NCBI GenBank assembly: GCA_964461975.1
Contig: CAYWVL010000002.1
Coordinates: 4,101 to 36,136 of the forward strand
Source of the DNA: an uncultured Bdellovibrionales bacterium
GTDB taxonomy: Bacteria; Patescibacteriota; Minisyncoccia; Moranbacterales; UBA1568
DNA: 32,036 bases
Direction of reading: 5' to 3'
A model generated the notes under the pieces. It did not search any database, was not told the DNA's origin, and saw only the letters and a list, made by a program, of their open reading frames with translations. Of this stretch, positions 16,879-24,007 are shown piece after piece. The stretch's first letter is position 1, and each line of letters begins with the position of its first letter. Both the position numbers and the translations under genes were made by a program.

Positions 16879-17967
16879 ATGCGGTATCTTCGAACTCTTG
16901 GCGCGCTCTTCTTGGCATTCGCACTCCTTCCGAGCGCAGCTCAGGCGACGCCAGGTACCTGCGGTTCTGCCAATGGCGCTTCATTCGCGACCAAACCCAC
17001 GAGCGGACTCTGCTCGTATGGCACGCCCTCGAGCGTGAGCGGGAGCGGGCCATGGTCCTGGACCTGCAATGCCCCCGGTCACTCCCCGACTCCGTGCGGC
17101 GCCAATCTTTCGACCCCGCCTGTCAACGGTCAGTGCGGTTCCTCTGACGGCAAAACGCTCGGCAGCAAGCCGACGAGCGGCCTCTGCTCTGCCGGCACCG
17201 CGTCGAGCGTGAGCGGGTCCGGACCATGGACCTGGGAGTGCGCTGGATCCAATGGCGGCACGACCGATGAATGCAGCGCCGACAAAACCGCTCCTCCAGC
17301 CTGCGGCAATGGGACCAAGGAATCCGGCGAGGCCTGCGATGACGGCAATAGCAGGAGTGGCGATGGATGCAGCTCGCAATGCCGTGTCGAGAGCTGCGGT
17401 GATGGATCGGTTGACGTGGGCGAGAGCTGCGATGACGGCAACACCCAGAATGGCGACGGCTGCAGCGCCGCGTGCAAGACCGAGACTAAGGATGAACCGA
17501 AGAAAGATGATGACGATGACGACGAGAAATGCGACGGCTCGATCGGGAACTACGTCTGGCATGATGCAAATGGCGATGGCGCCCAAGACAAGAACGAGGC
17601 TGGCATCGCCGGCGTCGAGGTATGGCTCTACCACGGAGATGATATTGAGAAGGAAAGAACCGGCCAGGACGGCAAATATGAATTCGACGATCTCTGCGAA
17701 GGATCCTACCGCGTTGTCGTGAAGGCTGAGACAGTCGGGGGCAAGAATCAGACTGCCGACCCCGACGACAAGCGCGACCACATGACCGAGGTGTCGCTCG
17801 ATGATGACGAGCATCACACCAAGGCTGATTTCGGCTACAAAGGCCTGATTGCCCCTGCCACCGGTCCCGGACCCATCGCGCTCGCCGCATCAGCAGCCAC
17901 AGCCATCGTCGCAGTCGCTGTAATCGTGAAGATGCTCGGGCGACGAAAACTCTCAGGCAAGGCTTAG
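16879..17967 (+). CDS. Secreted multidomain cysteine-rich surface protein with C-terminal sortase-type sorting signal
   Basis: ORF 16768..17967, trimmed to the ATG at 16879 ([23 protein letters not shown], a signal peptide). It has two tandem 4-Cys modules, then two CDDGN..GDGCS..C repeats (Myxococcus-type cysteine-rich repeat). A poly-Asp linker and an SdrD-B/Cna-B-like fold ([29 protein letters not shown]) follow. The tail is APATG + hydrophobic helix + RRKLSGKA. Confidence 0.85.
   Translation: MRYLRTLGALFLAFALLPSAAQATPGTCGSANGASFATKPTSGLCSYGTPSSVSGSGPWSWTCNAPGHSPTPCGANLSTPPVNGQCGSSDGKTLGSKPTSGLCSAGTASSVSGSGPWTWECAGSNGGTTDECSADKTAPPACGNGTKESGEACDDGNSRSGDGCSSQCRVESCGDGSVDVGESCDDGNTQNGDGCSAACKTETKDEPKKDDDDDDEKCDGSIGNYVWHDANGDGAQDKNEAGIAGVEVWLYHGDDIEKERTGQDGKYEFDDLCEGSYRVVVKAETVGGKNQTADPDDKRDHMTEVSLDDDEHHTKADFGYKGLIAPATGPGPIALAASAATAIVAVAVIVKMLGRRKLSGKA
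16960..17274 (+). repeat. Tandem duplication of a ~58-aa four-cysteine module (coding repeat)
   Basis: Module 1 is [36 protein letters not shown]....C. Module 2 is [36 protein letters not shown]....C. The second copy starts at 17134. Confidence 0.8.
17302..17475 (+). repeat. Two cysteine-rich CxDGxxxxGExCDDGNxxxGDGCSxxC repeats (coding repeat)
   Basis: [27 protein letters not shown] and [27 protein letters not shown]. Confidence 0.75.
17845..17964 (+). other. Cell-wall sorting signal (non-canonical L-I-A-P-A-T-G motif, TM helix, basic tail)
   Basis: The C-terminal 40 aa are [40 protein letters not shown]. This has the tripartite layout of LPXTG-type signals, but the motif reads APATG. Confidence 0.7.
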
Positions 17968-17991
17968 ACAATCCTCTCCACTCCCCTCAGC

Positions 17992-18024
17992 AAACGACCC
18001 CGCCGGGTCGTTTTCTGCTTTTCT
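17992..18024 (+). terminator. Rho-independent terminator after the substrate gene
   Basis: AAACGACCC-cgcc-GGGTCGTTT (17992-18013), followed by a T-rich tract. Confidence 0.7.
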
Positions 18025-18080
18025 TGGTATTAAGAAATGATAAATTTTGGCTTATTTAAGCCATATTGTATTGTGTATCA

Positions 18081-18109
18081 TTGACAAAAATCAAAAAATA
18101 TACTATCAT
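18081..18109 (+). promoter_or_regulatory. Sigma70-type promoter of the sortase gene (TTGACA - 17 nt - TATCAT)
   Basis: TTGACA at 18081-18086 and TATCAT at 18104-18109, in an AT-rich spacer region. Confidence 0.5.
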
Positions 18110-18129
18110 ATAGCGTTTAAGAATAGACT

Positions 18130-19146
18130 ATGCGTACCCTCGTCTTTTCCTGGCGCTACCTCATTCTCGGCCTCATCATCTTCGGGGTCTCGTTTGCCTC
18201 GCTCACCTTCGGCTCATTTCAGGCGTCCGAAGACCAGGCGCTCGAGCTTGCACTGGAGAAAGCGGCTGATCGCTCGTTCGGCCTTGATCCCTTCTGGCTC
18301 AAGCGTTACGGTCTCACGGTCTCTACCGAAGCCGAGGCGCTCGCCGATACGGACCATGACGGACTCACCCTTCGCGACGAGTACCGCTATCTCACCGACC
18401 CGACTGATGCCGATACCGATGACGATCGCTACACGGACGGCGAGGAGGTCAAGAAAGGCTATAGCCCACTCGGCGCGGGTCGCCTCGACATGGACGCGGA
18501 TACGCTCCCTGACCAGTGGGAAGAAGAGCATGGTCTCGACCTCGCTAACAATGACGCGAACGCGGACCCCGACCAGGACGGCCTCTCCAATAGCGCCGAG
18601 TGGCAGCATGGCACCGATCCGAAGAATGCTGATACCGATAACGACACGTTTCGTGACGGTCAAGAAGTGAAGAATGGCTATGACCCGGCGGCTCCCGGAT
18701 CAGCCAAACCTACGGTCAGCATTCTCGTCCCCAAACTCGATATCAACGCGCCCATCGTGCTCTCGGACAGTCTCTCCGATAAGGCGCTCCTCGAAGACCT
18801 GAAGCGCGGAGTGATCCGCTACCCGACCACCGCTTTCGCCGGACAGAACGGCAATATGGTCCTCTCCGGCCACAGCAGCAACTACTCCTGGATCGAGAGC
18901 GACTACAACTACGTCTTCCGTTCGATCGGCAAACTTCAGCCTGGCGATGAGATCATTGTCCGAGTCAAGCAGGAGAACGGCAAGAGCTTCGACTATATCT
19001 ACGTGATGCGGTCGCACGCGATCGTGACGCCGGACAACCCGGACATCTTTCGGGCTTCCGAGGGTCCGACCCTCACGCTCGTTACCTGTTGGCCGCTCGG
19101 GACCCAGCTCAAACGCTACGTCGTGACGGCCGAACTCGTCTCGTAA
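18130..19146 (+). CDS. Sortase (transpeptidase) with N-terminal TM anchor and thrombospondin-type-3 (TSP3) calcium-binding repeat spacer
   Basis: 338-aa ORF with a TM anchor (YLILGLIIFGVSFASLTF) and Asp-rich TSP3-like repeats. The C-terminal sortase fold has VLSGHSS (His), TLVTCWP (the TLxTC catalytic Cys) and a downstream Arg (LKRYVV). The alternative frame 18047..18670 is rejected. Confidence 0.9.
   Translation: MRTLVFSWRYLILGLIIFGVSFASLTFGSFQASEDQALELALEKAADRSFGLDPFWLKRYGLTVSTEAEALADTDHDGLTLRDEYRYLTDPTDADTDDDRYTDGEEVKKGYSPLGAGRLDMDADTLPDQWEEEHGLDLANNDANADPDQDGLSNSAEWQHGTDPKNADTDNDTFRDGQEVKNGYDPAAPGSAKPTVSILVPKLDINAPIVLSDSLSDKALLEDLKRGVIRYPTTAFAGQNGNMVLSGHSSNYSWIESDYNYVFRSIGKLQPGDEIIVRVKQENGKSFDYIYVMRSHAIVTPDNPDIFRASEGPTLTLVTCWPLGTQLKRYVVTAELVS
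18346..18687 (+). repeat. Thrombospondin type 3-like Asp-rich repeats inside the sortase gene (coding repeat)
   Basis: DTDHDGLTLRDE..., DPTDADTDDDRYTDGEEVKKGYSP, DMDADTLPDQWEE..., DANADPDQDGLSNSAEWQHGTDPKNADTDNDTFRDGQEVKNGYDP. Confidence 0.75.
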
Positions 19147-19157
19147 TCGACGCAACG

Positions 19158-19190
19158 AAACGCCTGCCACATCGGCAGGCGTTTTCTCTC
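19158..19190. terminator. Terminator hairpin between convergent genes (bidirectional candidate)
   Basis: An 11-bp perfect stem, AAACGCCTGCC-acatc-GGCAGGCGTTT (19158-19184), with a T-rich tract on the + side. It lies between the sortase stop (19146) and the pseudouridine synthase stop (19195). Confidence 0.75.
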
Positions 19191-19194
19191 TTTG

Positions 19195-19890
19195 CTATTT
19201 GAGTCCGAGGTCTCGTAAGAATGCGGCTTTGGCTGGCCCAGCAAGCAATCGATGCTGCCCCGGCTTGAGCGCCCCGAGGAGGACGCCCATGATCCGGACG
19301 CGCCGGAGCTCGGTCACGGTGAGCGCCATGGCAGCGAGCATCCGCCGCAGCTGATGCTTTTTTCCTTCGGTCAAGATGACCCGCAGCTGATGTTTCCCGA
19401 CCGGCTCCACTGCCTTGGCCGAGAGCCGTTCCCCGCCCTCCTCGACTCCTCGGAGCAATCGGCTTGAGACGTCTCGTGGAAGAGGCTCTCGGACTGTTAC
19501 TAGATACTCTTTCTCATGCTCATAGCGCGGACCGAGGAGTCGCTCGGTGACCCTGCCGTCATTGGTCAGGATGATGAGTCCCTCGGAATCCTTGTCGAGC
19601 CGGCCGATGGGGAAGACGCCTTTGAGCCCGCTGACGGATTCGATCGAGCGCTCGCCGCGCTGCGGAGAGTGAGTGATGATGCCGCGCGGTTTGTGGTAGG
19701 CATAGTACACGAGCCGCTCATCGAGCGCCTTGAGCTGCTTCGCCACCGAGACTGACTGATTTGGACTCTCAACCCGCTCCCCGATCGCAGCCACACGGCC
19801 ATCGATCGTCACCAAGCCAGCCGCGATCAATTCGTCGGCACGCCGGCGCGTCGCCAGCCCGATAAGCGCCATATAGCGATTGAGTCGCAT
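19195..19890 (-). CDS. rRNA pseudouridine synthase, RsuA/RluB/RluF family (S4 domain + catalytic domain)
   Basis: ORF 19195..19929. I prefer the ATG at 19890 (MRLNRYMALIGLATRRRADELI, the usual S4-domain N-terminus). The ATG at 19929 is the alternative and would overlap the upstream gene. The catalytic motif is GRLDKDSEGLIILTNDG. Confidence 0.9.
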   Translation of the reverse strand: MRLNRYMALIGLATRRRADELIAAGLVTIDGRVAAIGERVESPNQSVSVAKQLKALDERLVYYAYHKPRGIITHSPQRGERSIESVSGLKGVFPIGRLDKDSEGLIILTNDGRVTERLLGPRYEHEKEYLVTVREPLPRDVSSRLLRGVEEGGERLSAKAVEPVGKHQLRVILTEGKKHQLRRMLAAMALTVTELRRVRIMGVLLGALKPGQHRLLAGPAKAAFLRDLGLK

Positions 19891-19918
19891 GGGGAATTGA
19901 GCCGGGTCAAGCGGCAAC

Positions 19919-20521
19919 TTATGGGACATAGGTCGGTTTGCGCATCACGAAGAAAAGTCCTGTCGCTGCCATCGCACCAAGCGTGTCGGCGAGCATATCT
20001 TTCTGTGCGTCCCAGATATCGCCCTGGCTCCCGAGGTAGGCAATCCCCGCTTCGGGATTGGCGAGCGCCGCGTACACCCACTCGATCAGCTCATAGCTCA
20101 TGGCGACTGTCGCGATGGCGAAGACGGGATAAGTGAAGAGCAGGAAACGATTGGCTACCAGGCGCTTCTCCCAGAGCCACTCGGCGATGGCGAAGGCATA
20201 GAAACCGACCGTAAAATGGGCGATCCGATCATAATGATTGCGCTCGAAGCCGAAGAAATCACTGAACCAGTCGAACGGCACATTGGCGAAGGTATAGTGT
20301 CCGCCTATGGTGTGGAGATAGATGAGGACAAACATGAGCCCATAGGCGGTCTTGGAGAAGCAAGCCCCGCGCCAGAAGAGGCCCGCCAGCACTGCGACGA
20401 TAGCGACAATCGTCACGTTCTCCACCCACCACGTGACTCGGTCGACGGGCTCGATTGCGAGCCAGACGAAGAGAATGGCGTAAGCCAGGAGCAGAATCGA
20501 GAAAAAGCGCTTGGTTGTCAT
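19919..20521 (-). CDS. YjdF-like inner membrane protein (DUF2238)
   Basis: 200-aa polytopic ORF. The N-terminal LAIEPVDRVTWWVEN, HTIGGHYTFANVPF and ERNHYDRIAHF match my recollection of the YjdF/DUF2238 family. Confidence 0.8.
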   Translation of the reverse strand: MTTKRFFSILLLAYAILFVWLAIEPVDRVTWWVENVTIVAIVAVLAGLFWRGACFSKTAYGLMFVLIYLHTIGGHYTFANVPFDWFSDFFGFERNHYDRIAHFTVGFYAFAIAEWLWEKRLVANRFLLFTYPVFAIATVAMSYELIEWVYAALANPEAGIAYLGSQGDIWDAQKDMLADTLGAMAATGLFFVMRKPTYVP

Positions 20522-20531
20522 ATTTTCTCTC

Positions 20532-20540
20532 AGTATAGCA
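20532..20540 (-). promoter_or_regulatory. Extended -10 element TGcTATACT upstream of the yjdF-like gene (about 4-nt leader)
   Basis: Minus-strand reading is aacTGcTATACTgagagaaaatATG, with 10 nt between the hexamer and the ATG at 20521. Confidence 0.5.
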
Positions 20541-20541
20541 G

Positions 20542-20569
20542 TTGAAGAACGGGAAAGATATGCTATACT
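20542..20569 (+). promoter_or_regulatory. Sigma70-type promoter of the SpoIID-like gene (TTGAAG - 16 nt - TGcTATACT)
   Basis: TTGAAG at 20542-20547, TG at 20561-20562 and TATACT at 20564-20569. It directly abuts the divergent yjdF-like promoter element. Confidence 0.55.
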
Positions 20570-20587
20570 AGGGGCGAAAACAAAAAC

Positions 20588-22351
20588 GTGTCCCAGTCGT
20601 ATTCAAGTAATCGCATACAACGATGGGTTCGGGGAGTTGGCGCAGCACTCCTCTTTTTGGCTGCATCTCCGGCGCTCGCAGAAGGGGCCCTCCCTGGAGA
20701 AACTACCACGATCACGCCGCCCTCTGAGCTGCTAGTACCTGCCGAAACACCGAGCGCGATACCCGTCACCCCGGCCACCGAAAGCACCTCAGAGACAACG
20801 CCGCCCACAGAGACGTTCGTATCCCCGACGTTAGAAGCTTCCGGCGCCACGACTTCGGAAGCTTCTGCCGTAGTGGCAGAGCCACCCGTTGAATCCGCCA
20901 CCCCACCCGCAGAAACCGTGCTCGAAACAATTCCGATAGAGACGGCAGCTACCGAAACTCTCCCCGCAGAAGATCATAGCGCCGATTACGCGCTCTACAA
21001 GCAGTACCTCCGCTATCAAAAGTACGAGCAGTACGAGCTCTACAAGAAATATGAACGGTACGCCAACGTCGCTTGGCGCGCACGCCTCTTCGAGAACAAG
21101 AAGGCCGAGAAGAAGTATCTCAAGTCGCTCGCAAAGAAATACAAGAAATACGTCAAGAACCCGGCTAAGTATCAGAAATACGCTCCAGCCGCCAACGAAT
21201 ACACTAGCTACTCCGAAAACAAATCTGTCTATTTCACCATGAAGCCTTACGCGGGCTACGGACATCTCCTCCGTTTCAACCGGGAAGAGTATGCGGCGTA
21301 CAAGGAATACGGGACCGATACCCATCGCGCCGGCTATGAGCGGTACAAACAGGCGCTCGCAGAAGGCAAGGTGACCGACCGGGGCGATGCCGATCTCGAA
21401 GCGCATGAGTTCGGGCCGGAAATCACCGTCGGCATCTTCAACTTCGTCCCCAAAGATCTGCGCGACGCCGCGTTCAAGATCAAAGCCGACAAGCCGTGGA
21501 AAGTCGTCCATCGGGATGGCGACACGCTTGCCGAAATTCCTGCCGACAAGCGCATCAGCGTCAAATACAGCGGCGATAAGCGGTTCCGCGTCTACGATCC
21601 CGATACCGACGCGACGCTCGCCGATACTTCCAAAGAAGTCCGGTTCATCGCTGATGATCTGGGGGCAATCTTCGACGTGAATCGGCCCAACTCATCCTTC
21701 GATCGCTACCGCGGCGACCTCAAGCTCCGCTACTATGACTCCCCGGAAGCCGATGGCGACCGCGTCTGGGTCATCAATACTATCCCGCTCGAGCACTATG
21801 TCTGGGGCATGGGCGAGATCACCGGCACAGGGCCCGACGAGTATGACAAGCTCATGACGACCATCTTCCGCACCTACGGCTACTGGAAGATCAAGTGGAG
21901 CACCAAATACGCCGACCTCGGCTTCAAGGTCGATGCCACTGCCGGCAACCAGGTCTACCTCGGCTATGACTGGGAAACGACCCATCCCGACATCCGGAAA
22001 GGCGCCGAGGCCACCCGCGGCACGCTCGTCATGTATGATCGCGAAGTCGCCCTCACACCCTACAGCTCCTGGACCGACGGCGCGACCCGCCGTTTCGAGG
22101 ATGGGCATTGGGGGCGCGCCTGCAAGGGAGAGACCGGCAAGACGTCCTCGCTCTATCCGTGGCTTTCCGCCGCTCCGGATAGCTACGGCAAACATGCGAG
22201 CGAATCGACATGCTCTCTCGCAACCAAGGGCAATCATATGGTTGGTCTCTCGGCCAACGGAGCGGTCCGCATGGCCAAGGAAGCAGGCGCCACCTGGGAT
22301 ACGCTCCTCGAGCACTACTACCGCGGCGTCGATCTCGTGGTCGCCTACTAG
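20588..22351 (+). CDS. Secreted SpoIID/LytB domain protein with Thr/Pro/Glu-rich and Lys/Tyr-rich N-terminal regions
   Basis: 587-aa ORF with a GTG start at 20588 and a signal-like N-terminus (GVGAALLFLAASPALAEG). The C-terminal half has LEHYVWGMGEI..., ...GNQVYLGYD... and WDTLLEHYYRGVDLVVAY, which resemble SpoIID/LytB motifs. Confidence 0.8.
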   Translation: MSQSYSSNRIQRWVRGVGAALLFLAASPALAEGALPGETTTITPPSELLVPAETPSAIPVTPATESTSETTPPTETFVSPTLEASGATTSEASAVVAEPPVESATPPAETVLETIPIETAATETLPAEDHSADYALYKQYLRYQKYEQYELYKKYERYANVAWRARLFENKKAEKKYLKSLAKKYKKYVKNPAKYQKYAPAANEYTSYSENKSVYFTMKPYAGYGHLLRFNREEYAAYKEYGTDTHRAGYERYKQALAEGKVTDRGDADLEAHEFGPEITVGIFNFVPKDLRDAAFKIKADKPWKVVHRDGDTLAEIPADKRISVKYSGDKRFRVYDPDTDATLADTSKEVRFIADDLGAIFDVNRPNSSFDRYRGDLKLRYYDSPEADGDRVWVINTIPLEHYVWGMGEITGTGPDEYDKLMTTIFRTYGYWKIKWSTKYADLGFKVDATAGNQVYLGYDWETTHPDIRKGAEATRGTLVMYDREVALTPYSSWTDGATRRFEDGHWGRACKGETGKTSSLYPWLSAAPDSYGKHASESTCSLATKGNHMVGLSANGAVRMAKEAGATWDTLLEHYYRGVDLVVAY

Positions 22352-22357
22352 CTGAGT

Positions 22358-22843
22358 ATGCGCCCGTTTGTCCCGCTGGTTGCAGCCCTCCTCCTCATCA
22401 CGACCGGAGTGGCACTCTGGTTGTTCATGCAGCATGCTCCCCAGAGCCAGGTTTTTGAACAGTCTTCTGGCACGAGCGAGGCCAGCTCGCTCGAGTGGGA
22501 AGAAGACGAGATTGAGGAAAGCACCGACCCGATCGCGCCGCCAGAAGACATTACCCCTATAGCGCCAACGGTCGAAATCCTTCCATCGGATTGTGCCCAG
22601 GAATGCGGTAATTTCTCGTCGCAAGCGGATCGCTATGCCTACTGCCGGAGTGTCTGCGGCCTCACTCTGACGGATCCGGAGAGCGGCACGACGACTGCAC
22701 CCGTGAATCCCGAGCTCTCCCGCGACATTGAACGCAGAGACGCTGCCATTCGTGCCAGTAATCTCGGTGCTTGCGATCAGATCGTCGATGAGCAGCTGAA
22801 GCAGAGCTGCCTGGTGCGCGTCACCGAGGACCTCCTCGAGTAG
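22358..22843 (+). CDS. Membrane-anchored hypothetical protein with acidic linker and Cys-containing C-terminal domain
   Basis: 161-aa ORF starting 6 nt after the SpoIID-like stop. It has an N-terminal TM helix (FVPLVAALLLITTGVALWLF) and six Cys in the C-terminal 90 aa. Confidence 0.7.
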   Translation: MRPFVPLVAALLLITTGVALWLFMQHAPQSQVFEQSSGTSEASSLEWEEDEIEESTDPIAPPEDITPIAPTVEILPSDCAQECGNFSSQADRYAYCRSVCGLTLTDPESGTTTAPVNPELSRDIERRDAAIRASNLGACDQIVDEQLKQSCLVRVTEDLLE

Positions 22844-22847
22844 GCAC

Positions 22848-22877
22848 TTGACGAGTCAATCTCCGTGGGGGTAAATT
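22848..22877 (+). promoter_or_regulatory. Candidate promoter (TTGACG - 17/18 nt - GTAAAT/TAAATT)
   Basis: TTGACG at 22848-22853 and TAAATT at 22872-22877. It lies immediately after the stop of the preceding gene. Confidence 0.4.
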
Positions 22878-22923
22878 GGCATGTCGGCCCCTTTCGCCGA
22901 TGCCCCACCAAAGGAGATCAGGC

Positions 22924-23088
22924 ATGTTCGAAGGCTTGATCCAGGTCGAAACTCGGCCAGATACCATCTGGTCCAATCCAGACCAGGGCGGTCCGCGCTG
23001 GAGTCTCTTCGGCAGACGGCCGGTTCGCTCGCGGGAGCGCTGGTATCCGTTCGAGGACGTGCAGAGACCGGATCCTTCCACAGACTGA
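22924..23088 (+). CDS. Small basic Trp/Arg/Pro-rich hypothetical protein (54 aa)
   Basis: AAGGAG at 22911-22916 lies 7 nt before the ATG at 22924, an internal Met of track ORF 22876..23088. Roughly 70 percent of third codon positions are G/C, like neighbouring genes. The sequence is MFEGLIQVETRPDTIWSNPDQGGPRWSLFGRRPVRSRERWYPFEDVQRPDPSTD. Four other overlapping ORFs in this 300-bp stretch lack any RBS. Confidence 0.55.
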   Translation: MFEGLIQVETRPDTIWSNPDQGGPRWSLFGRRPVRSRERWYPFEDVQRPDPSTD

Positions 23089-23134
23089 AGGACCTTCCAC
23101 AAGAATCAGCCACACCACGATTGCGGCGCCCTGC

Positions 23135-23170
23135 CCGAGGACCCCACCAGGCCCTCGGCGTTCTTTATTA
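23135..23170 (+). terminator. Possible terminator
   Basis: An imperfect GC hairpin pairs CCGAGG (23135-23140) with CCTCGG (23153-23158). It is followed by gcgTTCTTTATT. Confidence 0.4.
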
Positions 23171-23222
23171 GCGTGATATTGGTGGTATATACTTACTGTA
23201 TGTAAACTTTCATTGCCGCTTT

Positions 23223-23483
23223 ATGAATCCGCAAGAAATGCCAGGGATGCCCATGCAGCAGATTCCGCTGAATTTCGAACAAGAGACAGCTGAAGAGAAA
23301 CTGGCGCGATTAAAGAGTACGTATCAAGAGACGTTCGGCCAGGCAGCTGATCTCATGGGCTTGGATGCCCCAGCAATTGAAGCGGCCCTTCAGGATATCG
23401 AAGGCCACAAAGCAGCCATCTGGGAGCACAACCGCTCTGAAGACGAGGAAAGCCGACAGAGGCCTGGATTTCACCAGAACTAG
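23223..23483 (+). CDS. Small acidic hypothetical protein (86 aa)
   Basis: ORF with an ATG at 23223. A TATACT hexamer lies at 23188-23193 upstream. I recognise no family. Confidence 0.55.
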   Translation: MNPQEMPGMPMQQIPLNFEQETAEEKLARLKSTYQETFGQAADLMGLDAPAIEAALQDIEGHKAAIWEHNRSEDEESRQRPGFHQN

Positions 23484-23503
23484 TGCACAACAATTCTACG
23501 AAT

Positions 23504-23935
23504 CTACGCGGACTGTTCGTCTTTGGGTGGGCCGTTCTCCGCGGCTGACTCGTCCATCCAGAAGTACTCCCAGATGTGGCCGTCCAGATCCTGAAGCGAG
23601 CGGCTGTACATGAAGCCGAGATCCTGCGGCTCGCGCCCCTCGGTTCCGCCGGCTGCCAGGCCCTTTTCGAGCATCATGTCCACCGCTTCACGCGAGTCAG
23701 TGGAGAGCGCGTTGATGGTCTCGGTCGCTTGGGTCGCGTCCACGAGATCCTTCTCGGTGAACGTCTGAAAGAATTCCTCGGTCAAAAGCATGACATACAC
23801 GGTCTCGCTGATGACGATGCAGGCTGCCTTAGCGTCGGTAAATTTCTCATTGAGAGCATACCCGAGCGCTCCATAGAATTCCTTGGAACGGTCGAGATCC
23901 TTGGTCGCGAGATTGATGAAGACGCTCGTCGGCAT
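23504..23935 (-). CDS. VOC (glyoxalase/bleomycin-resistance/dioxygenase) superfamily protein
   Basis: 143-aa ORF. MPTSVFINLATKDLDRSKEFYGALGY... and ...DLDGHIWEYFWMD are typical of small VOC-fold proteins. Confidence 0.85.
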   Translation of the reverse strand: MPTSVFINLATKDLDRSKEFYGALGYALNEKFTDAKAACIVISETVYVMLLTEEFFQTFTEKDLVDATQATETINALSTDSREAVDMMLEKGLAAGGTEGREPQDLGFMYSRSLQDLDGHIWEYFWMDESAAENGPPKDEQSA

Positions 23936-24007
23936 AGGCCTAGGGGAAGCTAGGGATAATACTTCCAGTATACTCCACCCTCTGACCGCGCCACAGCCCG
24001 GATGTGA

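Noticed and set aside
18047-18670. 207-aa + strand ORF overlapping the 5' half of the sortase gene in another frame.
   Set aside because: It starts inside the AT-rich promoter region. Its product is Ser/Arg/Thr-rich with no structure, and the sortase frame carries the TSP3 repeats and catalytic motifs.
21692-22624. 310-aa minus-strand ORF spanning the end of the SpoIID-like gene and the next gene. The 278-aa minus ORF 16981..17817 opposite the sortase substrate is a similar case.
   Set aside because: Both are antisense to genes with clear domain content and signal peptides, and both cross an intergenic boundary, which real genes here do not do.
23073-23101. A 9-nt direct repeat, CCTTCCACA (23074-23082 and 23093-23101), with a TCCTTC/GAAGGA hairpin around the stop codon of the 54-aa gene.
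   Set aside because: It is too short to be significant. It is probably just part of the post-stop secondary structure.
22880-23170. Possible housekeeping RNA (tmRNA, RNase P or SRP) in the ORF-poor 22844-23222 gap. Apparent cues were GGGGG near the predicted 5' end and CCCCACCA at 23142-23149.
   Set aside because: No T-arm precedes the CCACCA. The GAGGAAAGTCC/ACAGAA RNase P motifs and the GGAA-AGCA SRP motif are absent. An SD-preceded 54-codon ORF with gene-like third-position bias explains most of the segment, and the CCACCA lies in the loop of the putative terminator.
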